DNA of 64,000 nucleotides. Source: Bacteroidales bacterium. GTDB lineage: Bacteria > Bacteroidota > Bacteroidia > Bacteroidales > WRLA01. This document shows positions 1 to 9,403 of this stretch, piece after piece (position 1 is the first letter of the stretch; the number at the start of each line of letters is the position of its first letter). The notes beneath the pieces are model-generated. The model had not been told where the DNA came from, ran no database searches, and worked only from the letters and a program-made list of their open reading frames with translations. The position numbers and the translations under genes are program-made. Where the stretch lies: NCBI GenBank assembly GCA_963676415.1, contig OY781097.1:1596555-1660554 (forward strand), written 5' to 3'.

Positions 1-454
1 TTTCACGGACTTTCTCCACCAAATCCGTTTTTGGGATTCCCACTATTTCCTGATAGGCATCATTTTCCAAAACAGTTTTGATATCCATAGCCACCATATC
101 TACCAGACCTTCATAAATCAATTCTTTCAATACATTAGGTTTATATCCATTGGTATCCAGTTTTATAGCAAAGCCAAGAGTTTTCAGGCATCTGAGAAAA
201 CCAGCCAAATCTGTTTGCAGCGTTGGTTCGCCCCCTGTTACTACGACTGCATCAAGCCATTTTTTGCGCAGCTCCAGATAATCAAAAATCTCCTGCTCTT
301 TTATACCTCGGGATTTTTTTAATAGTTCAGGCAGAACCAGTTCCGGATTATGACAAAATCCACAGCGAAAATTGCATCCTTGCGTAAAAATAACAGCAGA
401 TGTGCGGCCTTCCCAATCGCAGAAACTCTGCCGGATGAAACTACCAATTTTCAT
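1..454 (-). CDS. nrdG: Anaerobic ribonucleoside-triphosphate reductase activating protein (radical SAM); C-terminus cut by the window edge
   Basis: Not in the ORF track because it runs off the window. Reverse-strand translation from the ATG at 454 gives MKIGSFIRQSFCDWEGRTSAVIFTQGCNFRCGFCHNPEL..., which carries the CX3CX2C radical-SAM motif. It starts 9 nt after the nrdD stop. Confidence 0.8.
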   Translation of the reverse strand, partial: MKIGSFIRQSFCDWEGRTSAVIFTQGCNFRCGFCHNPELVLPELLKKSRGIKEQEIFDYLELRKKWLDAVVVTGGEPTLQTDLAGFLRCLKTLGFAIKLDTNGYKPNVLKELIYEGLVDMVAMDIKTVLENDAYQEIVGIPKTDLVEKVRE

Positions 455-462
455 TATTTCTA

Positions 463-2637
463 CTAATTCTGCATGCAAAACTCTTTCACAGGTTCTGCTT
501 TGTTTTCTGTACTTTTCCTTCCCGTATCAATTTCGGAGACATTAAATAAGCATCGGTCTTTAAATTCCTGCTGTTTACCGCTATTCCATTGTTTTACAGG
601 GCGCATATAGCCAACAATACGGCTATAGACCTCGGTTTCATCTCCACATTCCGGGCAATTTGCATGTTCACCCCGAATATATCCATGCGAAGGGCAAATA
701 CTAAAAGTTGGCGATAGGGTAATATAGGGCAGGCGGAAATTATTGCAAATTTTACGGATCAGGTTTTTGGCAGATAATGCAGGCATATTGCTCTCGCCTG
801 TAAAAAGATGGAGTACGGTTCCGCCTGTATAACGTGTTTGTAAATCGTCCTGCAAGCTGAGCACTTCAAAAATATCATCAGAATAATTTACAGGAAGATG
901 TGTGGAATTGGTGTAGTAAGGTTCTGCACCATTTTGATATGCGTGGTGGTTTGCAGTGATAATATCCGGATGCTGCACAGTGTCAATGCGGGCAAAACGA
1001 TAAGCTGTGCTCTCTGCCGGGCTGGCTTCAAGGTTGTATATATTTCCGGTCTCTTCCTGAAACCCGGCCATAACATCACGCATAAAATTCATAATCCGCA
1101 GAGCAAAATTTGCAGCTTCTTTTTGCGCGATATTTTCCCCGAGATAATTCAAACAACATTCGTTCATTCCATTGATACCTATAGTCGAAAAATGATTTTT
1201 CCAATAGCAATTATGGCGCTTATGCACATGTCTGAGGTAAAACTTTGAATAAGGATAGAGTCCTTTCTCGGTATAGTTTTCAATGGTTTTACGTTTAAGT
1301 TCCAGGCTATCTTTTGCAAGGGCCATCAAAGCTCTTAGCCGTTGAAGTAGGTTTTCTTCTGAAAATGATTCATAGCCCAGTTTAGCCAGGTTGATAGTCA
1401 CTACGCCAACAGAACCCGTTAAAGGATTGGAAGCAAAAAGACCGCCTCCACGTTTATTCAGCTCACGTTTATCGAGGCGCAAGCGGCAACACATCGAACG
1501 CACATCGTCCGGCTTCATATCCGAATTCACGAAATTCGAAAAATACGGGATGCCATACTTTGCTGTCATTTCCCAAATGGCCTCATAATTTTTATTGTGC
1601 CAATCAAAATCAGGTGTAATATTATAGGTTGGAATCGGGAAGGAAAACAAGCGCCCGTTGGCATCGCCCTGCAACATCACTTCGGCAAAAGCTCTGTTGA
1701 TCAAATCCATTTCGGGCTGAAAATCCCCATATACATCTTGCTGCAACGCGCCACCCCAAACAACGGCTTCGTTCTTCATAAAATCAGGTACAACCAAATC
1801 CATTGTAATATTGGTAAAGGGTGTTTGAAAACCTACACGGGTCGGGATATTAATATTAAAAAGGAATTCCTGCATACTTTGCTTCACCTTATTGTAGGAG
1901 AGCTTATCGTAGCGTATAAAAGGAGCCAGAAATGTATCAAAATTTGAAAAAGCCTGAGCTCCTGCGGCTTCACCCTGCATGGTATAAAAAAAGTTGACAA
2001 CCTGACCAAGGGCAGTTCGGAAATGCCTGGCCGGTTTGCTTTCCATTTTTGCTGTTACGCCTTTAAACCCGCTAAGCAAAAGGTCTTTCAGGTCCCAGCC
2101 CACACAATATACACTAAGGAAGCCCAAATCGTGTATGTGCAGATAACCTTGCTTGTGTGCATTGGAAATATTTTCGGGATAAAGTTTGTTGAGCCAGTAT
2201 TGTGATGTAATTACCGTTGAAATATGCTGGTTAAGCCCCTGCAATGAATAGGATGAATTCGCACTTTCCTTCACGCGCCAGTCATCGAGCGTCAGATAGT
2301 CGTCCATTACATCGATATTTGAAAACAAGTCGCGTTCATTGCGTGAATCTTGCCTTTGGCGCCGGTAAATCAGGTATGCTTTCAGTAGATCAAAATCACC
2401 ATGTTGGAAAAGGGTTTGTTCTACACAATCCTGTACTTTTTCAACGCCCGGGACTTGTTCGTTTTTCGATTTGCCTAATTCCTGAAGTACTTTTCTGCAC
2501 AGCTCGCTTGCAGTCTTGCGGTTTGGTTTGCCGATAGCGCGCATGGCTTTAAAAATTGCATGTTCAATTTTATCAGCAGAGAAATCTACCTCCTCGCCAT
2601 TTCTTTTAACAATTTTCCGAAAATCATCTTGTTTCAT
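463..2637 (-). CDS. nrdD: Anaerobic ribonucleoside-triphosphate reductase (class III RNR)
   Basis: N-terminal ATP-cone-like sequence (MKQDDFRKIVKRNGEEVDFSADKIEHAIFKA). C-terminal Cys cluster (CPSHGYIRGEHANCPECG) followed by the glycyl-radical motif RIVGYMRP. The start was moved to the internal ATG at 2637; the track ORF extends to 2700 into the leader. Confidence 0.9.
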   Translation of the reverse strand: MKQDDFRKIVKRNGEEVDFSADKIEHAIFKAMRAIGKPNRKTASELCRKVLQELGKSKNEQVPGVEKVQDCVEQTLFQHGDFDLLKAYLIYRRQRQDSRNERDLFSNIDVMDDYLTLDDWRVKESANSSYSLQGLNQHISTVITSQYWLNKLYPENISNAHKQGYLHIHDLGFLSVYCVGWDLKDLLLSGFKGVTAKMESKPARHFRTALGQVVNFFYTMQGEAAGAQAFSNFDTFLAPFIRYDKLSYNKVKQSMQEFLFNINIPTRVGFQTPFTNITMDLVVPDFMKNEAVVWGGALQQDVYGDFQPEMDLINRAFAEVMLQGDANGRLFSFPIPTYNITPDFDWHNKNYEAIWEMTAKYGIPYFSNFVNSDMKPDDVRSMCCRLRLDKRELNKRGGGLFASNPLTGSVGVVTINLAKLGYESFSEENLLQRLRALMALAKDSLELKRKTIENYTEKGLYPYSKFYLRHVHKRHNCYWKNHFSTIGINGMNECCLNYLGENIAQKEAANFALRIMNFMRDVMAGFQEETGNIYNLEASPAESTAYRFARIDTVQHPDIITANHHAYQNGAEPYYTNSTHLPVNYSDDIFEVLSLQDDLQTRYTGGTVLHLFTGESNMPALSAKNLIRKICNNFRLPYITLSPTFSICPSHGYIRGEHANCPECGDETEVYSRIVGYMRPVKQWNSGKQQEFKDRCLFNVSEIDTGRKSTENKAEPVKEFCMQN

Positions 2638-2744
2638 CTTGTCACCATTTGATATAAGTTTGTAAATGGTAACTTGCGGGGATAAGAAAAGAATACACAC
2701 CGAAATGCTTCATCCTACAGCTTTTCGCCCGAAAGCTACGATAA

Positions 2745-2900
2745 TTTTGCATGGGCAGGTCTTCTGACTTATCCTTCTTTTGTCCCCTTCCCGCTTCAAT
2801 GGCTCAAAACAGTGGTTCCAGACAAAAAATACCGGATTTACAGCTACGGGGATAGTTCCTGATTTTCACAGGATTCCCTTTTAATCGCTTAGCGAACCCT
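2745..2900 (-). promoter_or_regulatory. Cobalamin (B12) riboswitch in the nrdDG leader
   Basis: The minus strand reads AAGGGAATCCTGTGAAAATCAGGAACTATCCCCGTAGCTGTAAA ... GCCATTGAAGCGGGAAGGGGAC ... AAGTCAGAAGACCTGCCC. The last block (plus coordinates 2753-2770) matches the B12-box consensus rAGYCMGgAgaCCkGCc. It lies about 110 nt upstream of the nrdD ATG. Confidence 0.75.
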
Positions 2901-3139
2901 CACATCACAAAAATAGTGAAGAGCAAAAAGCATCTTATCGGATGAAAAAATAGTTATTCACCGACTTATCCACATCTTTTACCGGCATCAATTTATTTAA
3001 TTGATTAATAAATAATTACATAACATAAATTTCATAAATCCCATAAAAACACAAACCGCTTAGCTGAGGTTCGCAATGGTATGTTGTAGCAGAAATTTTT
3101 AATGTTTTTTGTGGTTCCCTGCATCTCTGCGGCAAAAAA

Positions 3140-3409
3140 TCATCCCACAAAAAAAACACCTTTGCTCTTTGAGGCATTGGCCAAAGCATCCTTGCGCTCT
3201 AATTGTCGGTTTTCGTCTGCTTTTTCAAATAGGGCTGTATTTTTTTTTACTGTGCTCCACAATGGTTCAAAAGCTCCATCATCGTATTTTTCCAAACATT
3301 TTGCTTTTACCAAAATATCACTGATATTTTCCCGCAGCAGCTTTTCTTCTTCCGGATTTAATATGAGCCGGGCTTGTTTGGCGGTATGTTTGAAAGCTTT
3401 TTGATCCAT
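3140..3409 (-). CDS. gatC: Glutamyl/aspartyl-tRNA amidotransferase subunit C
   Basis: 89 aa. MDQKAFKHTAKQARLILNPEEEKLLRENISDIL...FEPLWSTV...RKDALANASKSKGVFFVG follows the GatC pattern (AKLARL..EE...L..IL...EP...R.D....AL.NAP...G.F.VP). The ATG lies 1 nt after the dnaG stop. The overlapping plus-strand ORFs 3102-3404 are shadows. Confidence 0.7.
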   Translation of the reverse strand: MDQKAFKHTAKQARLILNPEEEKLLRENISDILVKAKCLEKYDDGAFEPLWSTVKKNTALFEKADENRQLERKDALANASKSKGVFFVG

Positions 3410-3410
3410 A

Positions 3411-5396
3411 TCAAACAATAATCCTTCCCAGCTCTTCGGCAATTGCTTTGCGGTATTCGTTGAGTAGGGTGATGTCTTTTAAAATTATAATCAATTCCTC
3501 ATCGGACAAATTGCTGTTTCCTTTTAAAACGGCTTGCTTCTCCTGCAGACGGCTGTCGATCATTTTGAGTTTCAATGCAAAAAGCGGGTGTATCACGGCA
3601 TCTTTCAGGTTATTCTCTTCTGTAGCTGTTATAATGTTATGCTTTTCCTTCCATGAATCACTGATATTATACTGATCGCTGATAATATCAATTACATGGC
3701 TTTGGATTTCCGGCTTGCCAAGATAATCTGAACTTTCATTATCCGTGAAATCTTTAGAAGAAAGAATTTTACCTGTTTGAAAAAACACCAGCATTTCATC
3801 AAAAATGCTTTGTAAAACAGGATTGCGGAAGCGGTACTGATCGTTGTTTATTTCAGTCATAACGAAAGGGGCCACTTTCACAGGAACCTCCAGCTTTTCT
3901 CCTTTATCATCTTCTGCATCTACAACAATTTCAACGGAACCGTATAGCAGCATCATCCGGATAAGGGAGCGTTCATTGATTTCGGTATTATCTACTTTAT
4001 ATCTTAATGATTGCTTTGGTGCTTCAGGTACGAATTCAGGAATAGCAGCTTGTCCTTCAATATGCTGTTCCTGTTTTTGAATTTCTTTTTTAAATTTATT
4101 TCTACGAACTTTTTTAAGTTCAGCAGTTAATACGGCCTCCTCAATATTGAGCAATTCGGCACATTGATGAACATATTGTGATCTGCTAACACCGTCATTA
4201 ATCAGTGCTATCGTTTTTAAAACCTCTTGCTCCAAAGCGACTATTTTTACCGGATCATCGCCGGCATCTTGGCGGAGGATTTTCGTTTTAAAGGTGATAA
4301 AGTTATCGCTGTTTTTATCGATGAAAGCGCGCACCTCATCGGCGGTATGCTTTCGGGCAAAGGAATCCGGATCTTCGCCATCGGGGAAAAGCACGATTTT
4401 TACGTTCATGCCTTCGGCCAGGATCATATCGATACCCCGGAAAGACGCCTTAATCCCTGCAGGATCGCCATCATAAAGGATGCAGATATTTTTGGTATAG
4501 CGCCTTATGAGCTTGATCTGGTTTGTTGTAAGCGAAGTGCCCGAAGAAGCCACAACATTCCCTATGCCGGCCTGGTGCAGGCTGATTACATCAGTATAAC
4601 CTTCCACCAGCAGGCATTCTTCCTGTTTTACGATGGCAGAACGCGCCTGATAAATCCCGTAAAGGCTATCGCTCTTGATGTAAATATCCGACTCAGGGCT
4701 ATTGATGTATTTGGCCTTGCTTTTGGCCTGATCGAGTATGCGCCCACCAAAGGCGATGATGCGTCCTGAAAGGGAATAAACCGGGAAAATCACGCGTGCG
4801 CGGAAACGGTCGTAATGGCGGTTTTCTTTCACAATGGTAAGCCCGGCTTTCTCGAGAAAATCCAACTTAACCCCTTGATCCAATGCATGAGCTGTAAAAG
4901 AGTCCCAGTTTTCCGGGCTATAGCCCAGGCCAAATTTTTCGATGACCTCATTGCGGAAACCACGCTCCTTAAAATAGCTCAGGCCAATATTGCGGCCTTC
5001 ATCCGTATTGTGCAGTTGCTTGATAAAAAATTTCTTTGCCAGCTCAGTGACATGATAAAGGCTTTCGCGCTCGTTGGCCTGCTCGATTTGCTCGGGGCTT
5101 TGTGCTTCTTCCTGTATTTCGATATTGTATTTGGAAGCCAGGTAGCGCAATGCCTCCGGGAAAGTCATATGCTCGTGCTTCATCACAAAGCCCACCGAAT
5201 TGCCCGATTCGCCACAGCCAAAGCATTTAAAAATATTACGTGCCGGATTGACATTGAAGGAAGGCGTTTTCTCATTATGGAACGGGCAAAGCCCAATCAG
5301 GTTGGTGCCGCGTTTGCGCAGTTGCACAAAATCGCCCACAACTTCCTCAATGCGTGCTGCATCAATAATTTTATCTACGGTTTCCTTTGGAATCAA
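3411..5396 (-). CDS. dnaG: DNA primase
   Basis: Zinc-ribbon motif CPFHNEKTPSFNVNPARNIFKCFGCGESGN. TOPRIM region (LLVEGYTDVISLHQAGI, ILYDGDPAG). 661 aa. Confidence 0.9.
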   Translation of the reverse strand: MIPKETVDKIIDAARIEEVVGDFVQLRKRGTNLIGLCPFHNEKTPSFNVNPARNIFKCFGCGESGNSVGFVMKHEHMTFPEALRYLASKYNIEIQEEAQSPEQIEQANERESLYHVTELAKKFFIKQLHNTDEGRNIGLSYFKERGFRNEVIEKFGLGYSPENWDSFTAHALDQGVKLDFLEKAGLTIVKENRHYDRFRARVIFPVYSLSGRIIAFGGRILDQAKSKAKYINSPESDIYIKSDSLYGIYQARSAIVKQEECLLVEGYTDVISLHQAGIGNVVASSGTSLTTNQIKLIRRYTKNICILYDGDPAGIKASFRGIDMILAEGMNVKIVLFPDGEDPDSFARKHTADEVRAFIDKNSDNFITFKTKILRQDAGDDPVKIVALEQEVLKTIALINDGVSRSQYVHQCAELLNIEEAVLTAELKKVRRNKFKKEIQKQEQHIEGQAAIPEFVPEAPKQSLRYKVDNTEINERSLIRMMLLYGSVEIVVDAEDDKGEKLEVPVKVAPFVMTEINNDQYRFRNPVLQSIFDEMLVFFQTGKILSSKDFTDNESSDYLGKPEIQSHVIDIISDQYNISDSWKEKHNIITATEENNLKDAVIHPLFALKLKMIDSRLQEKQAVLKGNSNLSDEELIIILKDITLLNEYRKAIAEELGRIIV

Positions 5397-5959
5397 TGGC
5401 TGAAATTTTAAACAAAAATAGGGATTTATTGGTATATGGCATTGCCCCTGATTAAACCAATAAAGAAACTCAATTCAACGGACAGTTCATTCCTCCCTCC
5501 ACAAAGCATAAACAAAATGATTAGGGCTTTGCTCCAACTATACAATTAAAAGAAAGTCGTTTGCTCGCAAGTATAGAACAAATAAGGATATTCAAATTTT
5601 ATACCACATTTTTTATACACCTATAATTACCATATAATCAGAATGTACGGTTTTTAGTTATAAGATATTTACCAAATTTATTGAATATTAATAATAATTA
5701 ATATACATTAGCGTTCTTGTATTTCAGAATATATTTAATAAAATTGCTTAACCGGACAAAACAAATGAACCCACCTCCCCCAGAAAATACAGGTATTTGT
5801 TGCACAAAACGCCATTTTTGGCCTGTTACTGTACAAATATCAGTAAATGGGGGGGTATTCAGAAATATGGAGGAAGCCGGCACACCCTCCTTAAATTAAT
5901 TTCCAGAGCAATATGACAAAAGATTATTTTTTATTTTCAAAACCAATTTTATTGAACAG

Positions 5960-6892
5960 ATGAAAAAATTATATATTATGATGGCCGTTGTAGCCATTGC
6001 CTTTAGCTCATGTAAAAAAGACGATAATGAAGCCCCGGTAGCAAATACAACAAAAGACCCGATTGCAGAAAAACTGCTCGATTTTAAACAAACAATACAA
6101 TCCCAAAACAAAGAAGCCGTTCTCTTCACTATGGAAGATGCAGAATGGCATTTGGAAGGGCTGCTCAATTATGAAGAAGCCAATAACGAGCACAATTGGC
6201 ATGGCCTGGGATTTGAAAACCGGACTTATGAAGTGCCTGTAAGCAACGGCCAGATCAGCAGCAGCGATTTGAATTTGGCTTATGAAAGCTTTTTGGCGGA
6301 AATCAACAGCCTGCTTGCTGAAGATGAGAATCTCCATGGAAACCTGGTGAACATTGAAATTGAAGAAAACCAAATGAAAGATGGTACGGCTACCGTTGGT
6401 ATGACCTATAGTTTTGGGTCTTCAATAAATATTTATAATTATATTCAATTCGGACCAACTGAATATTGGAGTTCAGAATTTAATGGTGGAGAATGTGGTT
6501 CTAATCCTATAAATTCGCCTTATGGGGCTCCGGAATGGTTGGAATACAAATTTAACCGTCCATTATCAACTGGCCAACCTGGTTATTTTACAGGCCCTGA
6601 GACAGTTCATATAATGGGAGATATGTCTCCTATAAGCACTCAAAACCCTGCATATCCTGATCGTGAGCACATTATATATCATTATTTAGGTCACCCTGTT
6701 TGTTTGTCTCCTGAGGAATTAAATTTTTACCTCAATAAGTTTGATTATATTAAGCAACTTTACGCCCCCACTTCTAAAAATTTTATATCTGTCCACATAA
6801 TGCCAGAAACTTTATCATCCACTGTTGGATATGTGTACTGGATGGATTATGGAACCTTCCATCCAAACGGTGGCGGTATTGGATCAAATTAA
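5960..6892 (+). CDS. Hypothetical lipoprotein (module copy A, full length)
   Basis: Signal peptide plus lipobox (MKKLYIMMAVVAIAFSSC). No family recognised. Paralogous to 8553-9347. Confidence 0.7.
   Translation: MKKLYIMMAVVAIAFSSCKKDDNEAPVANTTKDPIAEKLLDFKQTIQSQNKEAVLFTMEDAEWHLEGLLNYEEANNEHNWHGLGFENRTYEVPVSNGQISSSDLNLAYESFLAEINSLLAEDENLHGNLVNIEIEENQMKDGTATVGMTYSFGSSINIYNYIQFGPTEYWSSEFNGGECGSNPINSPYGAPEWLEYKFNRPLSTGQPGYFTGPETVHIMGDMSPISTQNPAYPDREHIIYHYLGHPVCLSPEELNFYLNKFDYIKQLYAPTSKNFISVHIMPETLSSTVGYVYWMDYGTFHPNGGGIGSN
6131..6420 (+). repeat. Conserved handle 1, copy A (partner 8553-8842)
   Basis: 290 bp aligns colinearly with 8553-8842, with roughly 20 mismatches counted by eye. Similarity falls sharply after ...tatagttttgggtc. 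Confidence 0.85.
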
Positions 6893-6917
6893 ATATTTTA
6901 GAAATAACCTTATAATC

Positions 6918-7002
6918 AGATTGCCCTAAATATTAATTTCATGAAATAAGCCTGCATTCTGGACTCCGATTGAAACCGACTAATTTAGGGCAATCTTTTT
7001 TT
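6918..7002 (+). terminator. Long-loop hairpin followed by a T-run after lipoprotein A
   Basis: agattgccctaaat (6918-6931) pairs perfectly with atttagggcaatct (6983-6996), and ttttttt follows. The 51-nt loop is atypical for an intrinsic terminator. Confidence 0.35.
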
Positions 7003-7018
7003 ATTAAGCATCAAACAA

Positions 7019-8530
7019 ATGGGAAAGAAATATTTTATTTTGTCAATTTGCACATTTCTATTGATTTCAAGCACTATGGGGCAGGAATCCTTTTTCAAAA
7101 CCTATGAAACACCTTATACACTCAATTATAATTCAATTATTGAGTCCCCAAATGGTGATTTTTTTGTAACGCTCAATGAAACTGATAAATCGACAAACGA
7201 ACGACAAGGGAGTATTTACAAATTCAGCCCAGAAGGGCAGCTGCAAAATTTCAGGTACTTTTCTGGTCAAAACGGAGGTGTAATCAACTATATAGTGCAG
7301 TCCAAAACCGAAGATGACCAATATGTAGTGGGCGGCTGCTTAGACAGCATAAATAGCGACACAACTTATAAATCTCCATTTATCTGCATTGTTGACGATA
7401 ATCTGGAGCCTGTTTATCAATATTCCTATGAACCTAAAGCAGAAGATTTTTATCAAATTTTAAGAGTACTGATGCCTTCAGATAGTATTGTCTTTTGTCT
7501 GGTTGAAATTAGCAGTACTAACACAAAAATATTTTATGTTGATAAAATTAACATTTTACATAACCACAAAACCAGATATCAAACAAATTTTGTTAATGAC
7601 TTGGCATATCCTTTTGGTCTGATGTACAATGATAATGAAAATCAATTATCGGTTTTTTTCTCGGGAATTATGGAATTAAAGAACTCTCCCTACAACCACG
7701 TTCTAAAGCTATCACACGATTTGGAGTTAGTGGCTTACGACACTCTTTTCGAATATCTCTCCTATTATACCAATGGAAAATTTATTTCTGACAGCATCTA
7801 TATCCTTGCTAGTAACGGCCATTCTGTGTATCATACACCATCCTTAGATGTGAAATATTCCATGTATGCTTTTAAAATGAACAAAGATAATGATAGCATC
7901 AACGGTTGTATTTATCATCCGGAACATCCGGATGATTCCGTCGTTTATTCGTTTTTTATTGATAATCTTGCCCTTAATGAAGAAAAATTCGTCGTGGGAA
8001 GCGTTTATAATATTGAGATACTAAATTATCCATTCTGGCAGCAATCCCCATCCTATGTATTGCTCACCTTCTTCGATTACGACATCAATATGCAAAAGCA
8101 AATCTATTATGGCAATGGAACGGATGTATATTGGCCTATGTCCATAAAACCTACAGTTGATGGCGGTTTTGTAATTTGTGGAGCCTGGCGCAAACCGGAA
8201 TTCACCAACCCGCCCAATCAGGATATGTTCCTCCTCAAAGTCAACAGCGAAGGACTGATCACCGGCATGGAAGAGCCGCAAGGCATCAGCGCATCGGAAG
8301 CATTGGTCTATCCCAACCCTGGCGGGCAGCGGTTTAAGGTAAAACTGGCCATGCAGCACCAAAACGCCTTGCTGGAAATGTTCAGTATAAACGGCAAATT
8401 GGTTTTGCGCAATGAAATAAACCAGCAGCAAACGGAAATAAATACCCAAACCTTACCACAAGGCTGCTATACCTACCGCATTACAGCGGAAGGCAAAAAT
8501 ATTGCCGAGGGGAAATGGGTGAAGGAGTAG
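7019..8530 (+). CDS. Secreted protein with T9SS C-terminal sorting domain (module copy A)
   Basis: N-terminal signal peptide. DGGF..CG / LLKVNSEG beta-propeller-like motifs. C-terminal ~80 aa (ALVYPNPGGQRFKVKL...CYTYRITAEGKNIAEGKWVKE) typical of type-A Por/T9SS CTDs. Confidence 0.75.
   Translation: MGKKYFILSICTFLLISSTMGQESFFKTYETPYTLNYNSIIESPNGDFFVTLNETDKSTNERQGSIYKFSPEGQLQNFRYFSGQNGGVINYIVQSKTEDDQYVVGGCLDSINSDTTYKSPFICIVDDNLEPVYQYSYEPKAEDFYQILRVLMPSDSIVFCLVEISSTNTKIFYVDKINILHNHKTRYQTNFVNDLAYPFGLMYNDNENQLSVFFSGIMELKNSPYNHVLKLSHDLELVAYDTLFEYLSYYTNGKFISDSIYILASNGHSVYHTPSLDVKYSMYAFKMNKDNDSINGCIYHPEHPDDSVVYSFFIDNLALNEEKFVVGSVYNIEILNYPFWQQSPSYVLLTFFDYDINMQKQIYYGNGTDVYWPMSIKPTVDGGFVICGAWRKPEFTNPPNQDMFLLKVNSEGLITGMEEPQGISASEALVYPNPGGQRFKVKLAMQHQNALLEMFSINGKLVLRNEINQQQTEINTQTLPQGCYTYRITAEGKNIAEGKWVKE
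8227..8530 (+). repeat. Conserved handle 2, copy A (partner 10588-10891)
   Basis: 304 bp encoding the T9SS CTD aligns with 10588-10891, with about 18 mismatches by eye. Both copies end at the TAG stop. Confidence 0.85.
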
Positions 8531-8552
8531 ATTGATAATTAAAACTTTTTAT

Positions 8553-8842
8553 ATGGAAGATGCAGAATGGCATTTGGAAGGGCTGCTCAATTATGAAGAA
8601 GCCAATAACGAGCACAACTGGCACGGCCTGGAATTTGAAAACCGGACTTATGAAGTGCCTGTAAGCAACGGACAGATCAGCAGCAGCGATTTGAATTTGG
8701 CTTATGAAAGCTTTTTGGCGGAAATCAACAGCCTGCTTGCAGAAGATGAAAACCTCCGCAGCGATATGGTGAACATCATCATTGAAGAAAACCAAATGAA
8801 AGATGGTACGGCTACCGTTGGCATGACCTATAGTTTTGGGTC
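8553..8842 (+). repeat. Conserved handle 1, copy B
   Basis: See 6131-6420. Confidence 0.85.
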
Positions 8843-9347
8843 AATTATTGCGACACCAAACTACAATCCTTTTGGGCCTGATGAATATTGGGTATGGGGC
8901 AACCTTAATCCTGATGAACCATTCTGTGGAGCTTGTGGCCCCAACAACCCTTCAACTGATTTGGTTCAAGCGACAGACAGATTGCAGTATAAATTTAATC
9001 ACCCCACAACATTAGGCCAACCAGGCTATTTTACTGATTGTAACTTTTACGAAACCCTCCCATATGATTGGGATGAAAATTACTCAAACCCCGCTTACCC
9101 TGAAAGGATTCATATTATGTATTCTTATGATGCCAGCTATGATCCTTGCTTATCTCCTGCTGAATTAAATTTTTATCCGAGTTGGTTTGATTTTATTAAA
9201 GCAGAAATGAATCCAAACAATGGCAAAACATTTGCATCAGTCAATGTTATAGCATCTTTTAATTTAGGTGACGCCGACTACTGCAATATTCATGTGTATA
9301 AGCTTTATTATGGTGAATTTCACCCCTCGGGAGGAGGAACAGAATAA
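8553..9347 (+). CDS. N-terminally truncated paralogue of lipoprotein 5960-6892 (no signal peptide or lipobox); possibly a silent cassette or pseudogene
   Basis: Homology to copy A begins exactly at MEDAEWHLEGLLNYEEANNEHNWHGL. The track ORF starts at a TTG at 8532, 2 nt after the upstream stop. The first ATG is at 8553. The 57 N-terminal residues of copy A, including the lipobox, are absent. Confidence 0.5.
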   Translation: MEDAEWHLEGLLNYEEANNEHNWHGLEFENRTYEVPVSNGQISSSDLNLAYESFLAEINSLLAEDENLRSDMVNIIIEENQMKDGTATVGMTYSFGSIIATPNYNPFGPDEYWVWGNLNPDEPFCGACGPNNPSTDLVQATDRLQYKFNHPTTLGQPGYFTDCNFYETLPYDWDENYSNPAYPERIHIMYSYDASYDPCLSPAELNFYPSWFDFIKAEMNPNNGKTFASVNVIASFNLGDADYCNIHVYKLYYGEFHPSGGGTE

Positions 9348-9403
9348 ATTATAATTTACGAATATGGGCTACCTTAACCGGTAGCCCTATTAAAACACAT
9401 AAA

